From Tricharina praecox (taxonomy: Eukaryota): a stretch of 64,000 nucleotides of DNA. A program made the translations under genes and the position numbers. Positions 49,008 to 62,747 of this stretch are shown here, in pieces. A model generated the notes under the pieces. It was given only the letters and a program-made list of their open reading frames with translations. It had not been told where the DNA came from and searched no databases. The stretch lies in assembly GCF_024521635.1 (NCBI RefSeq), contig NW_026250421.1:682001-746000 (forward strand), written 5' to 3'. How positions within the stretch are numbered: the first letter of the stretch is position 1; each line of letters starts with the position of its first letter.

Positions 49008-52000
49008 TCACGTTGAGTGTGGGCGGTTGGTTGGGTCGCGAACGGTAGGAGGCCGGAATTGCATCGGACCCGCATGGAGTTTGGTTGGCGTTATATTGTC
49101 AAAACGGTGTTCTTCTGGAATTGGTATTAGCATTTTTCACAGGCGCAGACCTTTAGAGGGTGCTTTTTCTTACGGCTCGTGAGGGGGGTTATTATGGTTT
49201 TCATCTTTTGGGTTATCTAGTGTCGCGCCCTATTGGGTTAATTCCGTATGGAATTTCCTTTGTCATGCTATCCCCATCCCCACCGGATATAGCAATGCCG
49301 AAATTGAAACCGGTGACCATAAAACCGCGCAGACTGTTGAAGGTACGTACGTGAGTTGACAATTACAGAAGTCCATCCAGTGGTGTCCAGCGGTCATGTT
49401 CAGGGGAAGGGGGTGTTCGTTCCAATGGCCATGGTCGGGGTGTATATGTGGCAGGGTGTGAAGCATTCGGAGTAGACAATGACAAAGCACTCGCCGAGAT
49501 TCGGAAGCCGTTCACGGACCGGCCGACGCCCTGATGATCTTGAGTCAGAAAGGGTGATACATCGTGGACGCGGGGTGCTTAGGTAACCGTCGCCATGAGA
49601 AGGTTTCGAAAGATGGTTTACATACCGTCGACAGATCATACCCAATCAATCGTTATTTGATCCCGACACTCCAGATCGAGCCCCCCCGTGATCAGGGATA
49701 TCGAAAGATCGTACGATGTGGCTGCATTGTACTCGAAAGTAAGCCACAACGCATGCGATCCCTCAACAGCCTGCGTCCTCGTCCCAAAAATCGTCTTTCC
49801 TCCCATCCTCCTCATCGCAACAGCAGATTCCCATCGCGCTGCAGCCCCTCAGAAAGAATCGACACCGAACGTTTTTCGCCTCTCGATTGCACGCGACGGT
49901 TGGAGTAGGTCCGGTTAAGATGTCAGAGGAACACGCGTTGAGCCTGCAAGAGCTGCTCCCGAGTATGTAAGACATGCGCTTCCCCCCACCCCCCAGTCGG
50001 CTCCCAAGCGGAACGAAACATCTCATCTGAAAGAGCTAACCGATCAATCGCCAGGGGGAACTTAATCTTCGACAAGACGCCACGATCGGAGATTTCCTTC
50101 GGATGCTCGCAGCGGGAATGCCGGCAAAAGTCTGCACCCTTAATTGTAATTCCTGTTGAAGCGGCGTGTGGCTGTGACGTCAGTCCGAAACCGGTTTGAT
50201 TGGACTGACAGGCGTGAGGACGGCGTTAGTCAGCACGGAGGTGGGGGGAAGTCCTGTTGTCTCCTCTTTCCGCGTTGACTAGCCCGTCCGACGATCGATA
50301 TCGGCTCGGCCGAGGGGGGGCAGTCGTGGAGGGGGCGGGGGAGAGTGGGGGGAGTAGTTGCCGCTGGCGTCCGCTGCTACAGGCAGCACATCCGTATCTG
50401 GCACGACGCCGCAAACTCGGCCATCCTGATGGGATCTTATACCTTTGCATTTAGGCAACATCGCGCGCTGATTGGGCGCAAAGTAGTCGAATCGTGCAGA
50501 GGAATACCGGATTTGCGAGCTGGGGATGCAGGGAGCTTGCGCTGGGAAATTTTGTGGTGATCGAACTCTGGTGGAAAATCGAAGGTTCGCGTTTCAGGTA
50601 CTCGACTATTCTTCCCCCCTTCCCCTCCCCCGGCGTGGTGCTGCCATCTGGTATTGAAGGGGACGATCAGAAACCGTAAGCTGTGCGGAATCCAGTCTTC
50701 TCGAGTTGCTTTCTGATTCCAGTATTTTAGGTGGTATGTACACTCCAGGGAGGTCTTTCGTTGCAGGGCGCTCGATCCCCCGAGGCAACAACCCGTGCGA
50801 AATTCGCTATGTGATCATCCTGCTGGGCATTCCGGGGCGGCCCGCCGTGGTCGTGGTCGCGGTCGTGGTCGAGCGAGTCTGCCGTCGTGGAGACACTTGG
50901 CGGCGACGACGGCGGGGTGCTGGTACATATGTACCATCGTGACAATCGACCGAGGCCCAAGGAGTGATCTCGGATGACAACCACAGTTGGGGGCAGTCCC
51001 ATCTGGCGGTTTCGTGGCCGATCGTCTGCGGTGCGAGCTCGGGTCGGCAGCTGCCGGTGCTAGTCCCCCTACCTGGTCGGTCGGAACAGAGACGAGCAAG
51101 TGAACGGACGCTTCACGGTCAAGAATTCAAAGCCTCGAGCACACAGTCGGCCGGTGAGTGCCGGAACTGAGTTAAAGTATTCCGGCGTACTGTGTCCCTG
51201 CGTGATACAGCCAGCTGCAGGTCGACCGACGAAACTTGTCATGTATAATGACCGCATAACGGATTGCACGTCCGAGCCTCGCGAGGGTTTGGGCAGTCAT
51301 GAAGCGTCACTCGCCACGGTTTTGATTCGCCCACGGTCAAAAATGTCTGCAGTGAGCCGCAGCTTGGCTGCAAACTTGGTTGAGATGCGGAAAGTTCCTC
51401 TTGCAGATCTTTTCCGAGATCAGCATCGTGTCAATGCGCTTGTTGGGAGTGTTACCGAACTTACCTTCGAAAAAAAGCCACCCCCCAAAATACCGGAACG
51501 TGATCCACTCAACCGAAAAGTGGCTTAGCGCATAGGAACCGCCGATCGGACACTGCTGACGTGTGGAAAAGATGTGCACTCTTGACTTCCGAGTCGGGCC
51601 GTAGTGCACGTCCGTGGATGTGGGACGTCCGGCATGGGGGGTGGGGGGGGGGGGGTGCTGTGGCGCTTGTTTCGGGATGTTCGATGTGTTCCGTCGTATG
51701 GAACCCATTGAGGCTCGGTGGGGACTGCACTGTATTTGTAGAGAGGATGATTTGCGGCTTTGAATTCGCCGGGCAGTGGGTGATACTGCGGAGGAGGACA
51801 TACCGCGGCAAACGGGACATCGCCAATGCACATACAGAGCACTGTGGCCAGTTATGGCGCGGCAATCATGGATGGTGGCTCCGGGGGGAGGGTGGGATAT
51901 GTGGGGCCCAGATTCAATGAGTCGCAGAACCAGTGGCGACAATTCCAGTATGTAGCAATGGTGGTGGCGACTGTCATACCTAATAGGGGTTGGCTCTGGC

Positions 52001-52493
52001 GCCAAAAAAATGTTTGGCACCACCAGGTAGAGCAGAGCAGGTATGAGTACAACAGACACGTTGCGCACTGCTCAGCCCTCTGAGAACGATTGGAAGCTAG
52101 ATACCGGTATCACCCTCGCTCGCATTTGCGTCCAGAAACCAAGCACGTATCAATCAATCTACGGAAGCAAGTATTCTCTTCGAATACTCGTGTCTTGCTT
52201 GCTTTCAACTCTCGCGTCTTTCACGCAGAGAGACAGAGTCCCGGGCGCCACTACCCGAGACTGTCTCATACGCACGTGATCTCACAGATCAAGATCGCTT
52301 CTTGGTCATATTTCTCAACCACAAAGCCCAGCGGAATATGTATTTATCTATTCGACGGTTCGGCGGACGACAACATACACGATTGGGATACCGCTTGTAC
52401 TTGGTAGGCAGGATTCAGCTAGTAACCGGGACAAACTTCCAAGTACCTCTCCCAGTGGCAGACCCTCCCCGATCCCCCCGTAGGTGCGGTCAT

Positions 52494-53048
52494 TTAGCTG
52501 CTGAGAATTCGCTCCACTGAAGCAACTTTGCTCTTTGCCGTTTCATGCTTGTCCGTCCTTTATCCCACAAATGCTTTGTCAGCCAATGCCCTCCCCTCCC
52601 CGGCAGATAACGACTCGAATACCAACCTTGAGCCAACCCTGATGTCCGTATGAACTCTCACGATGCCTTGGTCGTGCAGCATCCCGTGAGCTTGCCCGAT
52701 AACCTTGAATACCTCCTCCCAAGAGCCCTCTGCGTGCGTCGATCAGCGCTCGCCCACTAAGCATCTCCAGTCTCAATTCCTGGGTTCACGCCCGCCGCCA
52801 CTCACCCACAGTTGTACCGTTAGCATGCATGGAGTACTGCAGTCCGCTCTCTTTGAGAAGGGTCTGGACCTGCGCGATATAGGGGCTCACAGAGGCGCTG
52901 TTGATACCCATCTGTCGGCGGGGAAGGGGGGAGATTCGGATTAGAAGGCGGCACCGACAACGTGAGTGATGGCCCGACATCCACCTACCGGGATCAGACA
53001 GAAGTCCGCGCAGCACTGTGAGGGCGTCTTTGTGGAGGTCGTGGACAT
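52494..53048 (-). CDS. ECM15: Thiamine-binding protein family (UPF0045/YqgV; yeast Ecm15-like), 110 aa, 4 exons
   Basis: ADFCLIPMG...SVSPYIAQVQ...MHANGTTVEGSWEEV..VIGQAH...RVHTDIRVGSRTDK. Introns 52912-52988, 52730-52805 and 52558-52626 are in frame. Confidence 0.9.
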
Positions 53049-55720
53049 CGTGGTGGATGGATGGGTGTGTGGGGGTGTAGTGTGGTTTGGTTGAATCCGA
53101 AACGTTCGTGCGGGGTCGGTAGTGAGACCATGACCGATGCCAAGACCAGGGGTCGCGGCCACTCTATTCCGAGTCTGTGCTCGCGAAGACGTCTCAGGTT
53201 TGACGGGCTCGGCCAGCGTCCAGGATCGCTCATAGGCGATGATTCGGGCATGCGGACGGGGGCGACCATGGGACTCGACATTCATCTGTCAAGCACGAAA
53301 AAATCCACAGTGGAATGATGTCCATTCATAGCATAAAGCGTCCGGGAGAAAAGTGAATCGGGGGCGGATGTTGGCCGACGATCGGAGAGGATTTGATAAT
53401 AGCCATGAGAGGCCTAATCTACCTGCGTACCGCGGCCGGCAGCATGGTCAATCTTCGGGAAAAAATGGTGCATTGACGGTTTTTTTGGTTTCATCTCTCT
53501 GGATTCCAAATCGGCCCAGTCTTGACAGTGCGGGGCGCGTGCATTGACAGTTTTGTTATTTGGAATGGAAGGGCTTTGTTACTCGACTCGTTGCAACGTT
53601 TTGAATACACACAAAAACAAAAAAAGTCTACGGACGCGAGATACCTAGGGCTTGCGCTTTTGGGCTCGACCCTGAAAAACTGTCCGAGAGTTGGTTCGAT
53701 TAAATTAGGTATCCAGGACCAGCAGCTATCTGGCGACAAAGTGATCGACATGTTTTGCTTTTCGACCATGACCGGGGCATCGGCCAGTCGAAGTATACTA
53801 AGGGTTCCGAATTCCCGCCCGCTGCTTGTGAGCTGGCACAATGGATTCCGACCCGGCGGCCTTTCCAGTGTCGGTTTCCGCGCCTTTTTACGCCTCTCCG
53901 ATGGGTCATAGTTTATGCACACCACGGGAGTGTATCGGTGAAACTGCTGCCAGCCTACTCGCTATGTTGCTTTCCTAGTCCCGGGCACTTAATGGCAGCC
54001 GTCCGGGGTGTTTTCGGATACCATGGCAAGCATCGGTGTCATCGCCGGTGTTTCAGCAGACTCTTCCGGTTTGTGGGGAATCCGACAATCCTTCCTGACC
54101 AGGACCATCATGTACCAGCTTGGTTGTAGACCATCCTTCCGGGAGAGGCGCCGATTAAACGTCATATGTACGGCACTCCGACTTATTCGTCGAAACCCTC
54201 GAGTCATACCCTGAATACGCAAGTTCCGTCTCTTGATATATCTCCATCTCTCGATAGGGGAGCCCGGATTTCCCAGAGCAGTCGACTCGGGCAGCGAAAT
54301 GGAGAGAGTGACCGTGAATAAGACGTAAAGAAGAAGCCCGATCGTTGTCCGGTGTCTGTGCATCCATCACAACTATTCCGAACATCACAGGACAGAACAG
54401 ACAATGAACATATATTGCGGGACAGCCAAGAGCTATACACATGGAAAGTGTGTACTAGTACAACCTGGAGTACAACTTGCTATGGTTCCATGCTTCCGAT
54501 CGTGCAGCTCCGAGATCGATACGCGATATGGACTACACGCCACACGCGCCTAGGTATCGGCTTTGCACGGCCTACAACCTTCTCCTCCTACAATCTCACT
54601 ACCTTACCATTAATTATTGTCATTTGTAGGCCAAACTGCTACTTCGACTTCGCCGTCGGCTCCACTAGTTGTAAGGGGAAAACTGCACCGGCCATCTCAG
54701 ACCTCGACTCCTCGAATAGAGATATCGTGGATTTCAAGGTGAAACAGCAATTCGTCACTTGTACATAGCTACGGAGATGCAGGGAATGGGCTGTCCCCCG
54801 TGCCCTTCTCAAAGACTCCTCGGGCCTCTACATTACGTTTCTACTTTATGATGCAAAGCGGTGAGACTTTTGGGTCCTCCTCTGTGACTTACTATGTGCA
54901 GCTACCAAGATGAATTACTCCTCATATTCTCCCGCCCCACCCCGCTCCGCTCAAGCCGGTGATGAAATCCGAAAATCCGCCGAAGTGGGGGCGTATGCAT
55001 ATATCGGGCGGCATTAAGGTTGTATAAACATGTGCATAGATGAAAGATATCCACCCGCTGTGATTTTATTTGACCCGGAGTCGATGCACACCTATCAAAT
55101 GGCCAAACTAGACGCGACGGCCATTGCCGCGGTCCCTGGAGTGCATTAGTTGGGTCGACACGCACCTATGTATATAGTGCTGGGATTGAGTGCACTCCCT
55201 GTCGACGATCTGGTCCCCGAAGACTGCGGGTGACTGGGGACACCGCCGCAGCCGATTCGGCAGGGGTTCTCCCACTGGGCTTCACCATCTCGCATCGTCC
55301 CACATATGTACATACGCACCACGAGACATTCTGCACCGTTTCCAGGACGGATACATTGATATCGAGAGGCTCACGCGCACGGATATTATAGCGTGGGGAT
55401 GCGCTTTCGCTGGTGGGCTTGCATGTCGTCTCGCGGCCGGATGCCTGTTTACGCTCGTGCGTGGCACCGTCGATATACTGGATTCATCAATCTCCAACTG
55501 GGGACCCAAAACTCCAAGAGTATAAACGTAGAGTACTCGAGGGTTGATGAGCATCGATCTTTAGAACCGAGCGAGGGCGTAATTTTACGACCCATCGATC
55601 GCATGTAGGCATATTGTTCTGAATGGGCCAGTTATAGTATAACCTATTCCTCTGTCGCAGTCACTGGAGATCAACCATCCTGCTGTGCGGTATCTTGAGC
55701 ACTAGACACAAATTCTCACC

Positions 55721-56940
55721 ATGGTCTCTCTTTCATTCCTCTCTTTAGGCCTGACACTCCTTTGCGCCTTTGCCTCCGGCCATCCTGCCCACCTACCAAC
55801 CCGCATTGATATCGCCAAACGTGAATCACCACTCAGAGTTACACTCTCTCCGACTGTAAACAATGGCGAAATTGAGGCAACACTCACGAATTCTGGATCT
55901 GAGAATGTGTCGCTCCTTAAGCTCGGCTCAATCTTCGCGGATTCGCCTATTCGGAAGGTTTCTACCGAGGACGAAGATGGTGCTCTCATGTTGTGTTCAC
56001 CGAAAAACTCCCATAAGCTAACGGCACGGCCACAGGAACACCGATTCCTTTTCAGGGTCTGTACTTCACCTACGACCTCAGCTCCCTCACCAGAGAAGAC
56101 TACATCGATCTTCCCGCTGGTGGCGTGATACGCAATCTAATTCCGCTCTCCGCCACCTACGATCTCTCGGGCAGCTCAAGCTACCGGGTGTCCACTCCCG
56201 GAACATTCCAAACATTGGGCCTATCAGCCGGCCGTGTCGCCACCGCGGACGCCGACGAGACCACCCGCTACTCGGTGGATGCAGCAACAATGGTCGAATT
56301 CGAGAGCGAAGCGGTCACGCTCACCGTCGACATGGCTCAGGCAAAGCGCGAAGAGATGCTGTATGAGGACCTCGAGAAGCGAGTGGTTGTTTCGAGCTAC
56401 AGTGGTTCGAAGCTCTCCGCTTTGACCACGGGACTTCAACGGACCAGTAAAATACTACTGCAACGACGTACGCGGAAACTGCCAGCCGCGGTAAGTAACA
56501 ACGTCACCAGCGTCCGGGGGTTGGTTAACTGACCATACCGCTCGTTATATAGTCATTGCTTGGACGCTGCCATCGAGAAACATCATAGCAAATGTGAGCA
56601 AATATAACCTCACTTTGTTTACCTCGCGATGCGTGACTTACTAAACCGGTAAAGTGCGATATATTCTACAACAATATGCCTGCAGAAACCTCGACATGCC
56701 ATGGACAGGACCAGGTCTGATTTCTCCACCCTCCGAGTGATATATCATGTAACGCCGCTGACCGTGAACCAGTGGACAACGGTCCTCCACGAGTTGACCC
56801 ACGCTCCTGGCGTCTTCAGCCCGGGGACTGCAGATAACGCCTATGGTTATTCGGCTTCGACGGCGTTGAGCCAAACCAAGGCGGTGAACAATGCGGATAC
56901 GTACGCACTGTACGTGCAGGCGATCTACCAGAATTGTTAA
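55721..56940 (+). pseudogene. Deuterolysin (peptidase M35, neutral protease 2-like) with internal deletion and frameshift
   Basis: Signal peptide, propeptide ending LEKR, and [13 protein letters not shown] and NADTY motifs. Introns 55980-56035, 56491-56552, 56594-56654 and 56715-56772. Frame breaks at ~56440 (LQ / GPVKYYCND) and at the second intron. Confidence 0.85.
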
Positions 56941-57868
56941 GCGATGGGCTGGAGGTGGAGGATCCTGGCGGTACTGGTGACTCCACATCTGCTCTTTGTA
57001 TATACATGTATGCGTGCGGGAAGCTAAATGATATCTGTTCGAACACCTCGTGATTGTGGGACCGCGTGACGTGATCGCTTCTCCGTATTTTGGGCGAGTT
57101 TTCCTGTTTGTAAACTGGAGGTCTGGGGGGGGGGGGGGGTGTTGTATTTATATCAGGACGATGCTAGTAGCTACTGGTCAGTACTTGATCACTTGCTCGG
57201 CTCCAGCACCAAATTCACCTCATATCCTGTCACTCTTCCACTCATCCGTTCTCGCCACCCAAATGTTCAAACTCGCGCTCTTCGCCCAGGCTCGCTGCCC
57301 CGAGCTAGTCAATTGGACGATAGACGGGATTCCATAATGGTGTATTTCACCATAATCTGAATCTACTGCATGTGGTTGATGAAACGAAAAATGTCTATGA
57401 TGAACGGCTTTAGGCATCACGGTCAGTTCGAGTTATAAACGAGAGATGTCGCTTGTCTTTACTCTGGTTAACGACTGTATATCAGTAGTGACAAACAAAC
57501 TGCATTCAGCTACAGCCACCATCAACCTCTTCATTCCGAACCAAATTTTCTCTAGCCAATTCCCCAATGGACAATCCTGCCAACCTCCCAATGCCTTTTT
57601 ACATTCAATGAACCTCCTTATCGCTGACTACCGGCAGACCTCCCCAGCTAGATACTGTGATGCCCTGAGCCCCCTGGGCTTGCCCATCCACTCCCCATCA
57701 TCCACGCCGCGGATGCTTTCTGCTGTTGACTACAACCATCACCCATCATCATTTTTACAAATCCCCACATGCAAACGAAGAACTGAATAAATCTATCACA
57801 ATAGGTGTCAGACGATCGCCGCCAAAGCTTTGCAAGACCAGGGAAACACATCGTCTCACCTGAACCAT

Positions 57869-60417
57869 TCACACCAATGTTCGAGACGGCGGGATTTCGG
57901 ACTTCCTTTCATCCGGCGAAAGTTGGGACCACAGGTATTCGGCGACCTCTTTTGCTTCGTGTGGAGAGGAGTTCATCGCAATCTGATAAGGTGTCCAGCC
58001 GCGTCCGTCGTTGAGACGGAGAGATGCGCCGCCTTCAACCAAAGCCTTTGCGAATGGGAGTGAACTCTCTGCGGCTATTTTGTGAAGCGCCGTAAGACCA
58101 GACCTGTCGCGTTCGTCCACAAGCCCCCGTGCTCCGTTTTCCAGGATACAAATCAGTGATTTTGCATCTGCGACTTGAAGCGCACAATGTATCGCCGTTT
58201 CATGATTATCGTTTCGTGCGCAAACGTCGGCCCCTTTTTCTATCAGGAGTTCTGCAATTGCTGTTTGCCCATATCGAACTGAATGGAGTAGCGGTGTCGT
58301 GCCCCAGTGACCGCGGTCCTCGATATCGGCCCCCATCATGAGCAGCAGCAGCACCATCAGAATCAACCTCCTCGATGCTTGCCCCGGCCTCTAGTAATAA
58401 CTCGCAGACCGCCTCGCAGCCCTCATATGCAGCGAGTGCAAGCGGTGTTCGCCCTTGGAAATCAACCTTCTCGAAGTCTGCCCCTGCCCCTAGTAATAAC
58501 TTGCAGATGTGCTCATAGCCCTTATAGGCAGCGAGTGCAAGCGGTGTTCGCCCTTCAGAGTCATCCTCCTCGATGTCTACCCCCACCTTGAGCAGCTGCT
58601 GTACCGACTTAACCCCCCAGACTTGCACCGCCTTGTGCATGATGCCAATGCCTCGTGACATATCGATGCTTGCCCCAGCCTCTACTAATAGCTTGCAAAT
58701 GTCATCGTAGCCCTTATAGACAGCGAGTGCAAGCGGCGTTCGCCCTTCGGAATCAATCTCCTCGATGTCCACCCCCACCTTAAGCAGCTGCCGCACCAAC
58801 CTAATATTCCTCTCTTCCACCGCCTTACGCATGATCCCAATGCCTCGTAACATATCGATGCTTGCCCCTGCCTCTACTAATAAATTGCATATGCCCCATT
58901 GGCGTGTGTGGTGAGCATATACCAGCGGTGTTCGTCCTTCGGAATCAACCTCCTCGCTGTCCACCCCCGCCTTAAGCAGCTGCCGCACCAATTCAATCCT
59001 CTTCTCGTGCACTGCCTTGTGTATGATTCCAATCCCTCCTAATGTATCAATGCTTGCCCCCGCCTCTAGTAATAACCTGCAGATGGCCTCGTTGCCATCG
59101 TAGGCAGCGAGTGCAAGCGGCGTTCGCCCTTCGGAATCAACCTTCTCGATGTCTGCCCCTGCCCCTGCTAATAACTCGCAGATGTGCTCGTGGCCCTCAT
59201 AGATAGCGAGGGCAAGCGGCGTTCGCCCTTCGGAATCAACCTCCTCTATATCCGACCCCATCGCTAGCAAAGTTCGAACTATGTAATCATTGCCTCCATT
59301 AATTGCATTATGGATTCGACCCCGCGATGACCATTTCATTTTCAACGACCGCGAAGACTGCCGCCTGCTTGACGGCGGTGGGCTCATCTGAACGGCTTTT
59401 TGTCCCATAAATCTGATAAATGAACGGGAAGTTCGAACACCGAGATCTCGGAAATTGATAGGTCACCCAGGCTCATGTCTGAAAGCATTGACCAGCTCCC
59501 ATCTTCACCTGGATTACTCATGAAGGATGACGACGATTGATGATCTGCTCTCATACCCCAGAGTTGCGCCCGCTTGTATGGTCTCGAGTCTCTCGAATCC
59601 ACTGTGAACGACGGTAACAGAGACCAGATTGACCGGGTGGATCGGGTGGAACCGATGCTGAAGGATGTTTCTGTGCTCTTAATCTATGCGGTGTCGTCTG
59701 GGATCGGTCGGAAAGCGAGGTTTGCGACGCCAAATTCGCTCGTGGGATTAACGGAGGACGCATAAGTGGATCCATTTGATTGATGTGCAATGAGCCCTCG
59801 AAGCTGCACCGAGATTACGTGGTTGGAATCCAGAATCTGTGCCATGATCTCGTGCAACTTTCCGAGACTTTCAGTGGCCTCTGCAGCGGTGTGACTGAGA
59901 AATATCAGTTAGCCATGCTTGTGGCGTCAATGAAAATACCGACTTACCACTGAATTATACCCAGCATCAAATTCAAACTCAGCTTGTGCCGCTGAAGGTC
60001 CTCGATGACTTCGGTGACCTGCGCCTCTTTCCACGCCGCCCATTTGACCCGCTCACACATGAGTCCCGCTTTACCGGCTGGCACACTCGGATCGACAATC
60101 CCCACCACCTCGCTCAAGTACTTATCCAGACTGGAACAGACCAAGACACCTCCGCTCAAGGTTGCGATAAGATGATGGACGGATATCATTGTTAATCTGT
60201 TCTGTTGCCGGCTCTTGCTTTGACCGATAACAAAGAGTTGAACTTCACAGAAGATGACGTTCATGTCTTGCATCTCGTCTATGACACAACTAATGGACTC
60301 TGGCGCACCCTTCGCTTTCGCTCCGCAGTCGTAGACACCTTTGAGCATACTGATGATCTTTGCCGAAATGCCGATAAGCCCGGCGATCGAGGCGACGACT
60401 GACAAAGGGTCCGACAT
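57869..60417 (-). pseudogene. Fungal N-terminal (HeLo-like/STAND N-terminal) domain plus ankyrin-repeat gene, disrupted
   Basis: N-terminus MSDPLSVVASIAGLI...ERVKWAAWKE..L.RHKLSLNLML, intron 59895-59947 and ~14 ankyrin repeats (GRTPL.LA). In-frame TAG at 59684-59686, frameshifts near 59388 and 58355. Confidence 0.85.
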
Positions 60418-62308
60418 TGTTCTTTCGGCGACGAATGTAACCGATTCGGATTCGGCAGCGGCGACTGGACGAGGGTAGATTTGGGTCGTGGGATCTTGTT
60501 ATGTTTGCGAACACGGCCAGTTCGATGTAGATGGCACACTATTGGCGGCTAGTTTGCTGGGCGGGCTTCGTTCTTCCGAAGTGCGATCGATTCACGTCTT
60601 CGAAGTCGCCTGAGATGACGGCGTAGCAGGCGGAGATAGTAATAATTGTGTCGCGAGTCGTTGGGAAGTTCTGGTGGTAGCTGTGGGTTCAGGTGAAGGG
60701 TATTGAGGAAGAGTTGGCCACGTTCAGAGCCCCGCTCTCAGCGGTGGCGCGGCGAAACACATTCGACACTGCCTGCAGCCAATCATGCATGGTAGCTGCA
60801 TGGCCCGCAGGACAGTAAGCAAGCTTCCAGGTTCCTGAAAGGGCGACGGCGAAGTGTTACGCTTCTAGAGAAGCAATCTTGGAGCATGACCAATGTTACC
60901 ATATTTTTTTTTAGATGGCCAATCGCACGCATCATAGGTTCGTCAAGAGATAGCCATTCGCCCTGCAGGCGTTGGTAACGGAGGATCAAGAGTCTGAGCT
61001 GGAGGAATTCAGTTATGTTTTTGATTGCAACCAAGGGAAGATGGTATAGCCAATGGTTGTTTTTGTATGTACTTTGGGTGAAGGCTTCAAGTCGTATGTG
61101 CAAGCATGGTGGGGTGGAACGGCTTCAAGTGGTTGCGAATCACTAATCATCACTCGCTGATCCTCGTTCTTGCTGGCTTTATTTCCGCGAGCTTTATGTT
61201 TTGGTCATCTCGTTTTTATTCTTTCTTTCTGTCTTTCCTTCTATGCGCGGATGGGCCGGGCTGAGAGCAATAGGGAACCCACATCGAGCTTGCGGCCAGC
61301 GGCCGGAGACAGTAGGGTAGAACTGGATGTGTATACAACCATGATCTGATAAGGTCGAATGCCATGATGATAAAATAAAACAAAAAAAACACCAAAAGAG
61401 TCTACGATCAGACGCCTTTACTCAAGCTCCATTGGTATACCTCAGGGCTAATTCGGACGCACTTTCTTACGCCTCCGTTTCCGTAGCTGAATCCACGCCC
61501 GGTACACAGATAAATTCGAGCGCACCCAACACATGAGCGGACAAAGAACGAAGTGGGACCTACTAGAAGGATCTCACACATGTCTCTATAGAGTACCGTC
61601 TCCATGACGAAATAGGATAGTGGTTGCTATCCTACCGAAGCCCATGTCAATTGCAATAGCACCGAATATTGTGAAGTTACTTCCACTTTGATACTGTGAT
61701 TCCTGAGGTTCTCGGGCTGAACGGTGCACATTGACCGATATGATTCCATCCTGATGCCTACCTTATATTACTGGTCCATTGCCGTTCCTGTCGCCCAAGT
61801 GCTGACCCATACCATTCAAACTCAGTTCCCGAGTCTACCATGTCCATCTTTTCCTCAAGCGCCGAGGTGGTAATGTTCCACGTTCACCACAGCATGACAG
61901 CCTTGAGCTCCTTAGCGTTCGGACGGTGTGCATTGCATGCCCCATCCATGATATAAAACACCGATTCGCGATCTCCCCGCACCACGGGCGAAGTGTTGCG
62001 AGCTACGTAGAGTAACTTCACCTCCCCCGGTGGCGCATATATCATACCTTAAACTCCCCTGCGTGATAGGTGGCGGTACACATCGTCACGACCGCCAATA
62101 AACTCTCCTCCGCGAACCGTGTCCAGAATCCACTTCATGATGACGTCTCCTCAACCCGACGAGAGCAAAACCAAACCTTCCTGCCCTGCACGTACATACT
62201 CTCATTGCCACCTCTCCACACCTCACCTCCCCACCTCCCTACCTCCCCACCACCCCACCACCCACCACCACCACCACCACCACCACCAACATCCAAACCC
62301 CAATCACC

Positions 62309-62747
62309 ATGTCATCAATCGCCGGCTCCGCTTCGCAATCCGGCAGCCTCTGGCGAGCCGCACGGAAGGATCCCGAGATCTACGGGATGGCCTTCCTCGT
62401 GCTGTCGACATTCAGTGTATTCGGGTACTATTTCGGGCGTCACAGCACTGCGCAGATGCGGATGGGCGAGGAGCGCATCAACATTGCCGAGAACACTGCG
62501 CCGTGGAGCGAGGGAGCCCCAGTCGAGAACTCGGACCGTAACAACTTCAAGTACATGTACCACCCCGGCGGCGATATCAGGAATGCCCCCAAGAAGGCCC
62601 CGAGCGCACTTAATGCCGTGATTGTCCCTGCAGTGACGTTGCCGAAGGTATGTGCTGCCGCGTGAGGGAGGGAGAAAAGGGATGCGTGCTGATGGACAAC
62701 AGAGTCTCCATGAGAGGTTCAATAAGTATGGGAAGGACAACTATTAG
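62309..62747 (+). CDS. Small conserved fungal single-TM protein (NDUFA4/B12D-like, SPBC3H7.08c-type family), 127 aa, 2 exons
   Basis: ARKDPEIY + TM helix + FGYYFG...PW...FKYMYHPGGD....K.APSALN.VIVP.V.LPK | SLHERFNKYGK. Intron 62648-62702. Confidence 0.8.

Noticed and set aside
49290..50200. Cluster of splice-like signals suggesting a multi-exon gene
   Set aside because: I could not assemble a consistent start-to-stop model or recognise a protein family.
52000..53500. TPP riboswitch near the thiamine-binding protein gene
   Set aside because: No CTGAGA...ATACC...CTTGA/CCTGA...TAAT..GCG arrangement on either strand.
60783..61950. Short minus-strand ORFs with possible decayed coding character
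   Set aside because: Interrupted by stops, with no recognisable motifs. Cannot be supported without a homology search.
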